A DNA stretch of 64,000 bases. It comes from Marsupella aquatica (taxonomy: Eukaryota; Plantae; Marchantiophyta). The translations under genes and the position numbers were made by a program. Where the stretch lies: the NCBI GenBank assembly GCA_973895155.1, contig OZ316898.1, positions 994,751 through 1,058,750 of the forward strand. The letters are read 5' to 3'. The notes under the pieces were generated by a model. The model did no database searches and was not told where the DNA came from. It was given only the letters and a program-made list of their open reading frames with translations. Each line of letters starts with the position of its first letter. Within the stretch, counting starts at the first letter, position 1. Shown one piece after another: positions 47,501 through 60,800 of the stretch.

Positions 47501-48826
47501 TCAGTGGATTTGGGCTATGGAAAGTTGGACTCCCGATCAGCAGGAACCTGCTTTGACTGTGGCGCCGGGCACAAGGCTGTCGTCTGTCCTACGAAGGGTG
47601 TACTGGAAATGCAACCCTAAAAATAGCCATAGCCCGATGTTTCCGCAATAAAGGGCAAATTCCCCTCCATTGTCTGAATGTTACATTAAAAAACTGTTTT
47701 GTACATGCATTTTGCACTCTCAGCTCTTAAGTTTCACTTTTTTTTTTGGCTTGAACGATTTTGAAAACCCGCATTTCACTAGACATCTGAAGGTTTCCTG
47801 GGCAATTTTTCACTTTTGACAACGTACTTTCCAACTGACGTCTTACCGTCCTTGACAGTGATCATTTGGACCTTTCTTTTGTGAAGGTCTCGTGGGCAAT
47901 TCCTCACTGTCGACACCTTTTCAACTAAGATCGTGTCGTTCTGGACAGTTCAATATGTCATAATGACCTTTCTTTTCCGAACGTCTCCTGGGACCTGTAA
48001 GACTTTTCAATTGCAGGGTCAAAACCAGATTTATCAGATGGGAGAAACCAGCTATGCTTGAGCATCTTCGTCATCTGCTGATAAAACCCAATTCATCGGC
48101 CATCCTTCTCCAGTACTGGTCCGCCTGACCTCCCGCCCTTGAGCTTCGACCGAAGTCAGCTTTATTTGGTACGAGGATGTGGAGGGGTTGTATATCTAGT
48201 ACAGTGTCATGGCTACCACGATGGGTTGCATATCTAGTACAGTGTCATGACTCACACGATGGTCGGACAGACCTGACTTATTGCCACTCCCTAAACAAAC
48301 ACTGAACATCAGCTTGAGCAAAGGGGCACTCGAACTCATGATTTCCGATGCCTGCCGGATCGATCCACCTAAATCCTCTGGCAAAAAGCAAGCTGAGGAA
48401 TGAAGAAAGAACTGGTCATACAGTTTGACACTACATTAGCTATTTTTACCTCTATCATTAAGAGAATGAGACGGTGGTACTAACTTTCATCCTTACTAGT
48501 TCGGGGAGCAAACTACTGTTGTCAACACATATGATCCCCTGAAGACCATGTCTTCCTTGTGGCCTCGACCTAGACTGGTATATGATTTGCACACTCCTAC
48601 TACTGTAGACACGCCTGTTTATAATACGTTCACACGAGGGTCGAAAACGGAAACTCGATAATAAGGCATTAACTAGGGAGCTCATTACAAATTCCTTCAA
48701 AAGAATTGATCCAAGACCCGCCGTTGGAAATGGAAATCAGGTTATTCACAATCTAAGGTACAGTACTCCCCCACCTGCCGCTCGTTAGCTGTAAGAAGAA
48801 TGCAAATGTGCATGAGGGTACCGCTT

Positions 48827-51145
48827 CTACATGAGTGCTTTCTCGGCTCTCAAATTGGCAAGTCTCCGGAACAAAGCCTCCAAGGAAATGTCAAATGCAT
48901 CTCGGAAATCGGAATGGTTCGTTCCCGGTTGGCAGTATAGAAGGCCCGGAATTATCTCTCGGATGATTCTCGTGCGCATTTGCGACCTTTCCTCCGGGTT
49001 AATGCTCTTCAAAATTCTCACAATGTCAGCATTTCCGGATATGACGTTCTCTGAAGGAATGAACACGGAGTAGGATGACATATTCCGTGGCAAGTGCCAT
49101 GGATACTGAATGTACGCCGTGAAAGGATCGAAGAGCACGGGAATGCAGCCGCCTACCAGAGAATCAAACACAGACCGCCTCGTCGCACTGTCACCGGGGG
49201 GTTGCATACAGAAATGTGAATGGAGAAAGAGGTTCATTGTCTGATCCGGCCGCATGCACGTGTCTTTGACACACCTCAGTAGAGAACAATCGCTCTTGTG
49301 GTCCAAACAATGCTGAATGAGATGCCCACGTACATTGCCAGACATCTCCGGCCTTGGCATTCCCGCAAATGACACTAAATACCGTCTTTCCGACTGCTCT
49401 ACATGTGCAAGCCAAGTCCGAATTTCGTTGTTGTCCTTGGGGTGGAAGAAAGTGGGATGGGGGACTCCAATGTCCTGTTCATGCCAGGGATCCCTCTCAA
49501 TCAAGACCTTTGTGGGTTTTTCCATAGCAGGGAGCCTCAGAAGTTTACTGCCCCAGTCGAAGGGTGGGACCCTGCGGAAATCCCAACCAATCTTACCCAA
49601 AACGAAAACGTGATCGATGCCGTTGTTCCTAGACCACGAGTCCTGCCCCTCGAGCCAACTCATGAGCTCCAACCCAAGCTCATCTTGCTGGTCGTTACTC
49701 ACCTTATTTCCGAATTGATACCTCGCTACATCGAGGCTACCGTAGTAGGGCACGAAGAAGAGGTCTGCTTGATTCACATCTGCGGTGAGACAAGGGTAGT
49801 GCATGAGCCGGGAGTGGAAGGTGAGCTCCAACGCGTACTGGTGAGTCTGAAACCAGCTCCCATCCGGAACAAGCACCTGCTCGCCTCTGTCGTTGAGCTC
49901 ATTGGTCGGGACATTCCGTCCCATACCCTCATTTATGAAGTAGTCACAGACACTGAACCAAGAAACTAAGTCACATTGCGCTGCGAGGTCAATATTAAAT
50001 TTCGACGGAAGAGTGTAGACATAGGCATGTCGTCCTTCGCATGAACTCTCGGGCAACGGCACCCCTTGACGCGATTCCCCTCGGAGAGGCACGTTCACGT
50101 CGAGATCTCCTTCATGTGGAGAATTGACGCTCTGTGTAGGTAGACCAGACTTGGCATGCCCATCCACTACCTTTTGAAGATTTGTAACATACTCAGAAAG
50201 GGTGAAAGGGTACCCAGACGCTGCTATTTCTAACTCCTTGGATGAAGGTGGTGCTGGGACTACCTCCGTGATGCCCACATTCTCCTCAATTAGCGTGTGT
50301 GCATGTTCATCAGAGCGAGAGTGATCGTCACTGGCGAAAGGTCTGCTTTCTAATGGAATGTCCCCTCTTGTGTCCCCTTCAAAATTCTCTTCACTTTCAG
50401 AAGAAAACTGCACTGTTTCCACAGAACTATGAACATTGTTACCTGCAGGAACTGAATTTTCCAATTCCTCTATGATCTTAGTCCCTTCAAAATTCTCCTT
50501 GTTCTCCGAAGGAAACTCCACTTCTCCAGTTTCAGAGAGAGTATCCGTATCACCATGGACCTTATCGTCGTTTGATAGCTTTACGTCTGAACGAGAGGGA
50601 TTGGTCCGTACCTCTACTCGCACCAGAGTCTCCTCGTCCTCCTCTTCTCCCAGGCTCTGTTGCTTTACCAGTGTTTCTTCTGACGATGTGTCGGTACTCG
50701 CAGATGTTTCCTCATCCGCCTGCGCAGGGCTCGCATTCATAAGCAGCTTGGTGTTCTGACCGGAAGTATCCTCGTTGCGGGCAGTATTTTCATTGCTCTC
50801 CAGGCCATCGACGCTCTCAACGTCATCCGTGAAAGGTCTTGACACGGGCTCATTAGCCTTTGCTTCACCTCTTGAATCCTCAACATGAACCGGGACAGTG
50901 CCTCTGACGTGCAACGAGGTTGGGAAGGCAGCAAGAGTACGCGAGAGGAAAGAACGATATGTCAAAGAAGAGGATGATTCGCACGAGACACATTGCATAC
51001 CTTGCAGAAACGAGAGATGTTGCGTGCTAGTGCTGAAGGGGGTGAGAGTGGAGGACGTGTATAGGCACGTCAATGTTAGCAACACGAGGGGCGGCAACAA
51101 TAACAACCGATGAAGCAGCAGGAAGCGAGAACTGGGAAGCCCCAT
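48827..51145 (-). CDS. GT47 (exostosin family) xyloglucan glycosyltransferase, XUT1/MUR3-like; intronless, 772 aa
   Basis: N-terminal TM anchor and ~330-aa acidic stem, then CEGRHAYVYTLPSKFN, WFQTHQYALE..FHSR, FVPYYGSLD, DHVFVLGKIGWDFRR, IERDPW..IGVPHPTFFHP, FCMQPPGDSATRRSVFDSL.GCIPVLF and FRDAFDI. From memory, the GKIxWDFRR and PHPT variants are closest to Arabidopsis XUT1. Confidence 0.92.
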   Translation of the reverse strand: MGLPSSRFLLLHRLLLLPPLVLLTLTCLYTSSTLTPFSTSTQHLSFLQGMQCVSCESSSSLTYRSFLSRTLAAFPTSLHVRGTVPVHVEDSRGEAKANEPVSRPFTDDVESVDGLESNENTARNEDTSGQNTKLLMNASPAQADEETSASTDTSSEETLVKQQSLGEEEDEETLVRVEVRTNPSRSDVKLSNDDKVHGDTDTLSETGEVEFPSENKENFEGTKIIEELENSVPAGNNVHSSVETVQFSSESEENFEGDTRGDIPLESRPFASDDHSRSDEHAHTLIEENVGITEVVPAPPSSKELEIAASGYPFTLSEYVTNLQKVVDGHAKSGLPTQSVNSPHEGDLDVNVPLRGESRQGVPLPESSCEGRHAYVYTLPSKFNIDLAAQCDLVSWFSVCDYFINEGMGRNVPTNELNDRGEQVLVPDGSWFQTHQYALELTFHSRLMHYPCLTADVNQADLFFVPYYGSLDVARYQFGNKVSNDQQDELGLELMSWLEGQDSWSRNNGIDHVFVLGKIGWDFRRVPPFDWGSKLLRLPAMEKPTKVLIERDPWHEQDIGVPHPTFFHPKDNNEIRTWLAHVEQSERRYLVSFAGMPRPEMSGNVRGHLIQHCLDHKSDCSLLRCVKDTCMRPDQTMNLFLHSHFCMQPPGDSATRRSVFDSLVGGCIPVLFDPFTAYIQYPWHLPRNMSSYSVFIPSENVISGNADIVRILKSINPEERSQMRTRIIREIIPGLLYCQPGTNHSDFRDAFDISLEALFRRLANLRAEKALM

Positions 51146-53228
51146 TTACAGTATTTGTCACCCTCGAACTATTAGTCTCGTTTGCCTTCAACTCCGGAGA
51201 GCAGCCACTTCTCGAAATAGATAGCAAATTCAACGACGACCGAATCCACTCAATCTACCCTTCCTCACGTCAATCCGTCCCCACAAAATCTAGAAACGGG
51301 TTTCAGAGAGCTCGGATTCAAGATAGGCGAAGGTGGCATTGCTGAGCTGAACATAACACCTCCCTGATCGACCAGTCACTCCCTTGAACCATTACTGTAC
51401 ATTTCGTCCGTGCTACCCTCATGTCAGACAACTTCCCATGACAGTCTGCTACAGCGCGAGGCAGACGACCTGTTTGAGGACTATAGTAGAGCCCAGCTGC
51501 GGCTGAGCGACTCACTGACAGAATCACTGACATGTTTCTTTTCTCGATTTCTTGCCAATTTGCCATGCTCTGCATCTCTGTAGCAAGTCAGCTTTTTGCT
51601 GCGTTTTGGTTGCTGTAGATAAATGTGTCGCACCACTCATGGCAGACACGATCCCCAGTAGCTTCGTCCCAAGCCGATACAAGAGATGCTGTGTGCAAAT
51701 GGGAAGAGATCATGCTTTGCATGTGTAGGCTACAACATCACCGTTAGGACAAGGATTGCCGTTTTGATTAAGCTCAATCGGGGCCATCCTTGTGCCAAAG
51801 AGAAATCTCTCATAGCTGAGAGTTTAGACGAAGAACGAGTGTCTCATGGAGAAATGGGTCTAATAAATTCAGCAAGTTGAAGAGCGAAGCTGAACGCGAG
51901 AGAGAGAGAGAGAGCTCACTGCTAGCTGAGTCCTCAGTGCAGCAATAGGACAAACAAGTAAATCCTCCCGCGCTGCAGAACTGCAGAAGCGCATTAACCA
52001 TATCCGTAATCTGATACAGCAGTTGAATCTCACACTAATTCTTCGCAATCATTCCGGCAAAACAGAAGCAAACTATTAATTAAACATATAAAAATAAGAG
52101 CAGTCAGAGCTGAGATCAAGTTGTCATGATTTGGAACCTAGGAACTCAAAATCTAGCTTACCATCTTTCGTACTCACGGCAGCTCCACATTCGAGCCTGG
52201 CGAGCCTTTGAGGATTTGGCGGACCTTAAATATTCGGGGGCAGGTGTCATTTCTACTGTAGTATTTATTGGGAACTTTGCCTTGGGAATTAATGCCCTGT
52301 ATTGAGTGTAATCGTCTGCTCGGAATTCCATTGGAGCAATTAGTCATGGCACAAGTAGTGTCTGGAAAAGGATCCCAACGGTGTCCCTGTCATTGTACAC
52401 CAAAATGACAATATATACTGTAGTTATGTGGCTCCATATCATGATAAACTCAATTATCTTGTTTGAGTCATAGAGTGTAAATGATAATATGGATGTCTGT
52501 GTTTTTGATGTGCAATTACCAGGATGCATACAAATTCACTTCAAGCCTTTAAACCATGACAATCACCACACTGAGGTCAAATGTGACCTCGTCCCGGACT
52601 CATGTTGACATTCTGGACCTTGGCAAAATATAACTTACTCACTGTTGGCTTTACCTCAGTGCAAACTTTCCTAATTGTTAGGTTTTTGGTTCTTCCCTTT
52701 TTCTCACTGTTAACAATGTTTTTTGCACTACTGAACAACAAAAATGTACGTGTCTAACTTTCTATGAGGGTATATACACTAAGATCACAAATGCCTCAAA
52801 GAACTTCTTATGAATAAATCATATTTATGTGTAAAACTGGAGGTATGTGCCAGCTGTGGTTTAGGGGAGGCACCAGAATCCTACTTGAGATGATATATAC
52901 TCTGGAATGTGACTAGGGACAGGGGAAGAGGGGTGACTGCCTCTATCAACAAGAACATGTGCACTTATAACTTAGTGCAAATCACATGTAAATGGTAGGC
53001 CTGACTTACACCCGGGAAATGTGCACTTAGGACGCTGTGGATGTGTACTGCTGACAGTATGATTATACTCCCTAACAAAGTTGTAGTTGGACACATTCAA
53101 AGTGAATCAACTGAAATCACTGAATCTGTAGGCCACGAATAATGTGCCACGGTTCCCTCCAACATTCTGTCCGAAAATCATGTTCAGATTATGGTATGTT
53201 TGTTCATGTTTGTTCATGAAAATCATGT

Positions 53229-56200
53229 TTGTTCATGGCAGTGGGGCCCAGGATGTTACCCTCACTTCTTTGGGTTGGGTTCCTTCCTGGTGGTAGAGGA
53301 ATGTGGTGTTCATTCAATCATCCTAAGCTTGGTCAATTTGGTATCATTAATATCTACGCTCCAACTGGGCAAGAAGGAGCATGTGAGCGTACCAGGCTTT
53401 GGAGGGAAATTTTTGAAACCATTCCTAATGATCAGGCTTGGATTATGGTGGGGGACTTTAACATGGTTGAAGATCTTCTTGACCAAGCAGGCGGCCGACC
53501 TCATGTGGTTTCCGGAAGTGAAAAACGGGCTTGGGAACATCTTAAACGTAAGATGAAATGGGCTGATACCTTCAAGAAATTTCTTGGACAACTTCATTTC
53601 TCATGGTGTAACAGGAGACGGTGGAGAGTGGGATAAATACAGATCGTATTTATAGGCGTCTTGACAGGTGTTACGCCCCCACTGATTCATCTCTGGTTCA
53701 ATTTTTGATTGTCTCCCGTATTATCCCGGCTCAGTATATGTCTGACCACCACCCAATTTCTGTAATTGGTACGTCAGGGGATCGTTCCACTTTTCCATCA
53801 AGGTTCAAGATGAACATTGCACATTTTAAAGATGTTCAGTTTTGACAACAGATGGAGGTACTGTTGCTGAATGAGGTGACCAGATTGGAACGGAAAAAAG
53901 TTCCTCCAAATAAAAGTCTTGAAATCTGTCTTAAAAAGGCAACCAACTTGGATAGGGCCTGGGGGAAGAAACAAGCTATGATTCGTATGTTCAAATTGAA
54001 CGCATTGCGAGCTGACTTGGCTAAAGCTCAGGTTGAACTGGAACTGGATCCTCAAAATGATATGTATCAGCTGAGTTTCTTGATTGTCAAAAACAATTGA
54101 AGCAGCTGGAGGAAGGAAAGCTTCAATGGATTCAAGAAGCTATGAGAATGAACTGGATTCAACATGGTGATGTTTGTACGAAGTTACAATTCAATTCTTT
54201 CAAATCCCGAGCTGCTGCAATGGAAGTGAAGGGATTATATGATGCTGATGGGACGGTTCAGAAAGATTGGGATGCAATGGCTAAGGCTACAGATTTCTAT
54301 ACTAACTTACTGTCATCTAAACACATTCCATCTGAAGAAGAATTGGAAAAGGTGCTAGATAAAGTTAAGATCCGGATTACCCCTGAAGATCAACAGATGC
54401 TTGAAGCTGAATTGACGTTAGCAGAGATTCACACGGCCACGAAGATGTTGGGCCAACATAAGGCCCCTGGGCATGATGGGATCCCAGCTGAATTCTTTCT
54501 AAACTTCTGGGATCAGATTGGCCCCTCTCTTCTATTAGCGCTCAATTATGGATTAGAACGGGGCTGTTTCAATACATCCTTTCTCAAAGGGCTTATTGTT
54601 TTACTCCTGAAGAAAGGGGATGAGTTCAAAATTGAAAATAAGCGACCTATATCACTCCTCACTGTGAGTTACAAAGTGGGAACAAAGACGTTTCAATTAC
54701 GTTTGGTTAAGATTCTGATCAAGATCATTTCATCTCAGCAATATGCGTACTTACCAGGGAGGTCGATCCATCATACGCTATTGTTGACAAATGAAATGAT
54801 AGATCAAGCTATGGAATCACCGGATCCTTTTGTCTTTCTAAAACTGGATGTCATCAAAGCCTTCGATAGCGTTGAATGGATCTTCATTGAACGTATCATG
54901 GAAAGAATGGGATTTGGTAGTTACTTTGTGGGATTCTTTAAATCTATTACCACAAATGCTTCGTCGGCTATCTTGATCAATGGTAGAACCACAAAGTGTT
55001 TTGAAATAACTTGTTCTGTTCGGCAGGGGTGCCCGATTTCTCCTCTATTTTTCTTGATCACTATTCAAGGATTGGATTGTGTCCAATCTGATAAACTTTC
55101 TTCTGGGGAGTTAGAAGGAGTTCGATCCCAGCAGGAAGGGCTTCATCTTGCCCAACACTTCTATGCAGATAATACTACGATTATTTTGAAGGGGGACAGG
55201 CAGAATATTGATTTCTGTAAGGAGTTATTTGGATTATTTGCTACCGCATCAGGATTGGCATGTAATTGGGAAACAGCCTCTGCTATTCTTCTGAGCCATG
55301 AGTCTATTCCAGTGGACCAAAGTGACTTACGATGGATCTGGGAAAGTGCGGGTCATTATTCTAAGCTACTTGGATTCTCTTTCGGGGCTGATGGAATTGA
55401 CAAAGCTCACACATTGATTTACGTCAAGGAGGTGCTGGCGAAAAAGCTTGTTCAGATCAATAAGAGACCTCACTCTTTCATGGCTAAGGTACTTGCGGTT
55501 AATCACATCATGATGGGCTCTCTGTGGTATACTTTAACCCTTTGGTGTGGTACGGATGCTGAACTGCACGCCATTAAAATGGCCATGATTGATTTTCTAT
55601 GGGCTGGTCAAGCTCCTTCGGCTCGTCACAAGATTAGTTTCAATATTCTGTCTCTCCCTAAAAAGGAAGGAGGAGTGGGTCTTATATCCTTTGAAAATCA
55701 AGTGCATGCATTGGCTGCCAGATTCATCATGTTTGCGTTGTCTGAAGGTTCTCACCCTCTACAGACGCTCTTAAGATCTCAAATTCATACTCTTTCATCT
55801 CATCGTTGGGGATTAGAAGATTATTCCTGGATATTTAACCCTTGTCGGACTCTACCATCTTTGGGGTCAGAAATTTGGAAAATCATTTGCAGATCTTGGA
55901 ATAAGCTGAAAGTCCTTTTGGAGCTTACGTTACCTGATAATATTCAATCCAGTATGAATATATCACTCTGGTCACCATCGATCAATCATTTGGAGTTTTG
56001 TATGGCTGGTTGTAAATCTAATCCTCAACGGCATCTATATTCGATTGGTGTTAAGAGTTGGGGAGATTTGATTTCTATATCTGGTATCCCTATGACATGG
56101 GAATCATTGACTGGTATGGGTGCATTACCATGGGCGAAGAATGCTTTTTTAGCCGTTCTGGCTAATGCTCAAAAACCATTGTGTCACATGGTTGATTCAG

Positions 56201-57405
56201 TGATGGAGAAATGCGTGTTGATTTCCTCCATTCCTATCAGCGAAGGTAATACTGTTTGGGAATTCTCTATTCCTAATCATCAAATGCAGGATTGCTGGAA
56301 GCCAGAAGATCTTCGTCTAGATCCGACTCATACATATGTTATTAGTGATGGGATCTTATGTAAGATTAATACTGCACCGATCTTTGGGGAGGTGTTACAC
56401 AGCATGGTGACAGGATTAGCTAAGAGCTAGAGCACACATAAGATCGGAGTGGGATTGAAAGGAGCCTACGAGTCTGAGATTGGGGTTTCCAATCGGTACA
56501 GGTGGAAAGATGGCAAATCTTTTTTTCATGCAAATACTGCTAGTATTCGCAAGATGTTACTTAAGCATTCATCGGGAAGTCTGATTGGCTACAACAAGTG
56601 GAGAATGGAAATCCGTGGTGTGCCCATTGTAAACAGAGTCTGGAATGGCGTCTGGAAAGCATATCGTGTGGAAAAGATCAATCACTTCCTATGGCAAATT
56701 GTGCATCGTCTTTTGGCTACAAAGCATTATATCGGTCGACGTTCCGTTCGTTACCTAGAGGATGGTACCCTGATTCCGTTTACTCAAGATGATGCTGCAT
56801 GGTGGTGTTCTCGCTGTGATCTATGTTCTCATGAGGACATTCTTCACTGCCTCTGGTCGTGTCCAATTTCTCAAAAGATCTGGGGTTGGATCTTTATGAT
56901 TGTTCAGCGAGCTGCTGGGCCGAATGCTGTCTTATTCCAATTTGAGGTTGCTCATGTCTTTTTTGGTGCAGCACTTCCACATAAATGTGGTATTCCTCTC
57001 AAGTTCTGGCACATTGTTAGAGGAATTGCTATATGGCAGATATGGAAAGCTCGTTGTACCTTGGAGAAGGAAGCCCTTCATTTCTCTGTCTTGTGTATCC
57101 AGAGTAAGATCTGGTCAAAGATCCGACTATGTTTACGAATTATATGGCAAAATGGTTGGAATAACCATAAAGAGAAGGGTGGAAGTTGGCAGCAACTGGT
57201 TGGCAAGCTGAAAAGAGACTTGGGTCATAATGGAGGCATTTATGAGTTGTTATGTGAATGCTTCATTGTTGACTACCGCCCACTTTGGGCCTTTGATCCT
57301 CCCTGAGATCTCTTTGTACCAGTCTCTTGGATTCACTTGTCATTTTGCTGTGATCCAGGACTGATTAGTTTAGTTTCTTTTGGATTTTTGTGGCAATTAG
57401 TTAAT
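53229..57405 (+). mobile_element. 5'-truncated L1-clade LINE (ORF2: AP-endonuclease, RT, zf-RVT), degenerate; 3' UTR appears to continue after 63855
   Basis: APE motifs INIYAP, IMVGDFN, RRLDRCY, SDHHPI. RT motifs KAPGHDG, RPISLL, KLDVIKAFDSV, VRQGCPISP, FYADN (YADD mutated). C-terminal FLWQI..CSRC..EDILHCLWSC. Frameshifts near 53625 and 54095, stops at 53843 and 56428, ORF end at 57306. Confidence 0.93.
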
Positions 57406-57519
57406 TGTGAGAGTATGAATGGAATGAATCATGTATAGTCTGTGGTGGTTGGTACATATAGTGGTGTCGGTCCGGTGACTGGTTGATCCGGTCGTCCGGT
57501 CACTAGGTAGAGTCTAACA
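57406..57519 (-). repeat. 3' LTR of Bianca-type element
   Basis: Direct repeat of 63737-63850; adjacent to the PPT. Confidence 0.95.
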
Positions 57520-57831
57520 CTCCCCTTTGGATATATAGTGACAACTATGTAGACAACATAGACTATACCTATTATATCATGTTCATAGAAAATACATGAT
57601 ATAAGTACAAGCGAGGTAGACTGCCTCGTTAAAAAACCTTTATCAACTCTAGCCTAGTAAAAACTCTACCAGTGTAGCAGAGAAAAAATATGAGTGCTAA
57701 AGGAAAAAGAGTGCAGCCTAACAGTCCTCATCGTAATAAATGTCAGTATTAAATAAAGTCAGATGTTATAGTAAATCTAGCTTTAATATTTGTCTCAACG
57801 GTAGGTCGTCAGCATCATGTCATCAGCAGCA

Positions 57832-60800
57832 TCAATCGTCATGTGGAGTAGCAGCCTCCACGGTCATCATGCGTCGCACGCTCCGCAGTCCAATCGCCTG
57901 GCAGTGTCGATGGTGAACTGATGGTGATAGTGATTTGGTGAAGAGATCCGCACAGTTGTCTGCACTTGAAATCTGCAAAATGTTGATCTCTTTTCCATGT
58001 AATTCGTGGGTGTAGAAAAACTTTGGAGCTATATGCTTCACGCGATCGCCTTTGATGAATCCTTTCATGATCTACTGTATACATGCTGCGTTATCCTCAA
58101 AAATGTTAGTAGGCTTCGTTAGTGGTGGTAGGCCGCATTTGGTGTTGATGTGATTTATAAAGGATCGTAACCAAACGGCTTCACAACTAGCCTCATGTAG
58201 AGCTAAGATTTCTGAGTGGTTCGATGAGGTTGCTGTTAGGGTCTGTTTCACGCTTTTCCAAGAAAAGCGGTACCCCCTATGGTAAAAACGTATCCAATTT
58301 GGGATTTTGCGGTATCAGTGTCGGAGAGATATCCGACATCCGCGTATCCTATGAGCTCGTGGTTTGCACCGAATGGGTAAAATAACCCGTTATCGGTGGT
58401 TCCACGTAGATATCTAAATATGTGCTTAACTCCATTCCAGTGTCTGGCTGGGAGTTGCACTATGTCTAGCAAGTAAGTTAACTGCAAATGCAATGTCTGG
58501 TCGTGTCTGATTTGCTAGATACATTAATGCTCCTATCGCAGAAAGATATGGAGTTTCTGGTCCTAATAGTGGTTCATGTTCTTTGCGTTTGCGAAAAACA
58601 TCAGTATTGTTTTCTAATGAACGTACAACCATTGGTGACGTCAATGGGTGTGCTAGGTTCATATTGAACTGTTTTAGGATCTTTTCAGCTTGTGTGGTTT
58701 GATGGAGCATCATGCCAGTAGGTAAGATCTCCAGTTGTAATCCTAAGCAAAAGTTTGTATGTCCAAGGTCTTTCATCTCAAATGTTGATTTAAGACTAGT
58801 AATAGTATCTTCTGTAATTTGGGGTTCAACATAAATAGAAACGATGACATATTCGTCATCCACATGTTTAATAAATAAACATGGTGTAATGGCATCATGG
58901 GTAAAACCCATGGTAATCATTTCATCAGTAAATCGTTGATACCATACTCTGCCACTTTGTTTCAGGCCATATAATGCCTTCAACACGCGGATAGCTAGTC
59001 CGCGGCGAGTATTCCGTACGGTTGACACAGCGGTGCCGTTATTATGAGTTACATGTGTAGATGACACATGAGGTGTAACTTGAGATAATTTTTTTATAAT
59101 CTTATGTAAATATGGAATATGCGATTTAGCACCTTGAGCTAAAGCTCAGCGACGTTGTTCCAATTCGAGAGGTGATCGCATGTATAGACAAGTGTCTAAA
59201 GTTCCATACAGATATGCGGTCGCAACATCCAGTTGTCGCATTTGTAGTTTATGGAAAATGGCAAATCCGATAAGGTATCGGAATGTTGTGCTATCCATAA
59301 CCGGTGAGTAAGTTTCATCGTAATGAATTCCTGGTTGTTGTGTAAATCCTTTCCCTACCAGACGTGCTTTATAGCGTACAACTTGGCCTTTATCATTTCT
59401 TTTGCGGACAAATGTCCACTTGTAGCCAATTAGGTGTACGTCTTGCGGTGTTGGCTCGACTGGGCCAAAAGTGTGTCTGCTGAGTAGGGAATCTAATTCT
59501 CCATTTATAGCTTTTTGTCATTCAAGCTAGTCTGGTCTATTTTGGCATTCTAAGATAGATATTGGTTCGGGTGTATCATCAGTGATATGTGTTGCCACCA
59601 TTAATGCAAAAGCATCATCTATTGAAGTAGTATTTCTATCCCACATCGTACCGGTGTGTGCGTAGTGGATAGAAATCTCTTCATGAGTTGTGGATTTGGT
59701 ATGATCGACATCAGGTGAAGGTGGTATAGATGAACCGCGCCTTCTTGGTTGTTTATCCTTTGATCCCAAGGGTCTACCTCGTTTTGCACGAGGTTGGGAT
59801 GTACTTGCTGGCTCATTTGATAATTCAATGCGGGCAGATGCTCTCGCAGCTTGAATATGTGAGCGGGTAACTTGTGATGTATCGACAAAAGCGTTTGGAA
59901 GTTCTTCCACAATCTTGTGGAGTTGCAAAATTCACTGAACTTCTTTCTCCCCTTGATTGGTTCGAAGGTCTTGCCAAAATGGCGAATGTCTTTCCCACTC
60001 CAAAGGTGGTTGTGGGTGTTCAGGGGTTATTAATGGTGGATAAGCATTTTCATCGAAATGGCAATCTAGAAATCTGGATTTAAAAATGTCGCCAGTTGTA
60101 GGCTCCATATATCGGATTATGGACGGAGAGTCGAATCCGACGTATATCCCCAACTGTCGTTGGGGTCCCATCTTGGTTCGTTTGGGTGGAGTAATGGGGA
60201 CCATTACTTGACATCCAAATGAACGAAGGTGTGATAGGTCAGGTTTGATACCATTAGCAATTTGGTATGGGCTATAGGTATTAAAAGCCGATGGGCGGTA
60301 TTGAATTAATGCATTAGCCTGTAATATGGCGTGTCCCCATGCTGAGACTGGGAGTTTCGACTGCATTAGTAGTGGGCGTGCGATTAACTGAAGGCATTTA
60401 ATGACCGCTTTAGCTAATCCGTTCTGAAAATGCACGTGAGGTACAGGATATTGTACGTCTATGCCAAGTGATGTGCAAAAGTCGTCAAATGTTTCGGATG
60501 TGAATTCCCCTGCATTGTCCACCCTGAGTGTCTTAATGGGGTGATCTGGGAATTGTGCTTTCACGCGCAAGATTTGCGCCAAAATGCGAGGCATAACCAT
60601 GTTCCTCGTTGAAAGTAGTGTCACATTTGACCATTTAGTTGATGCGTCGATTAATACCATAAAGTAGCGGAAAGGTCCGCTTGGTGGGTTAATTGGCCCG
60701 CAAACATCTGCATGGATTATTTCCAAGAATTGGGGTATTTTAGTTGGCAATTTTGATGCTGTGGGCCTTGTTATTAGTTTGCCGCGTGAGCATGCAGTGC

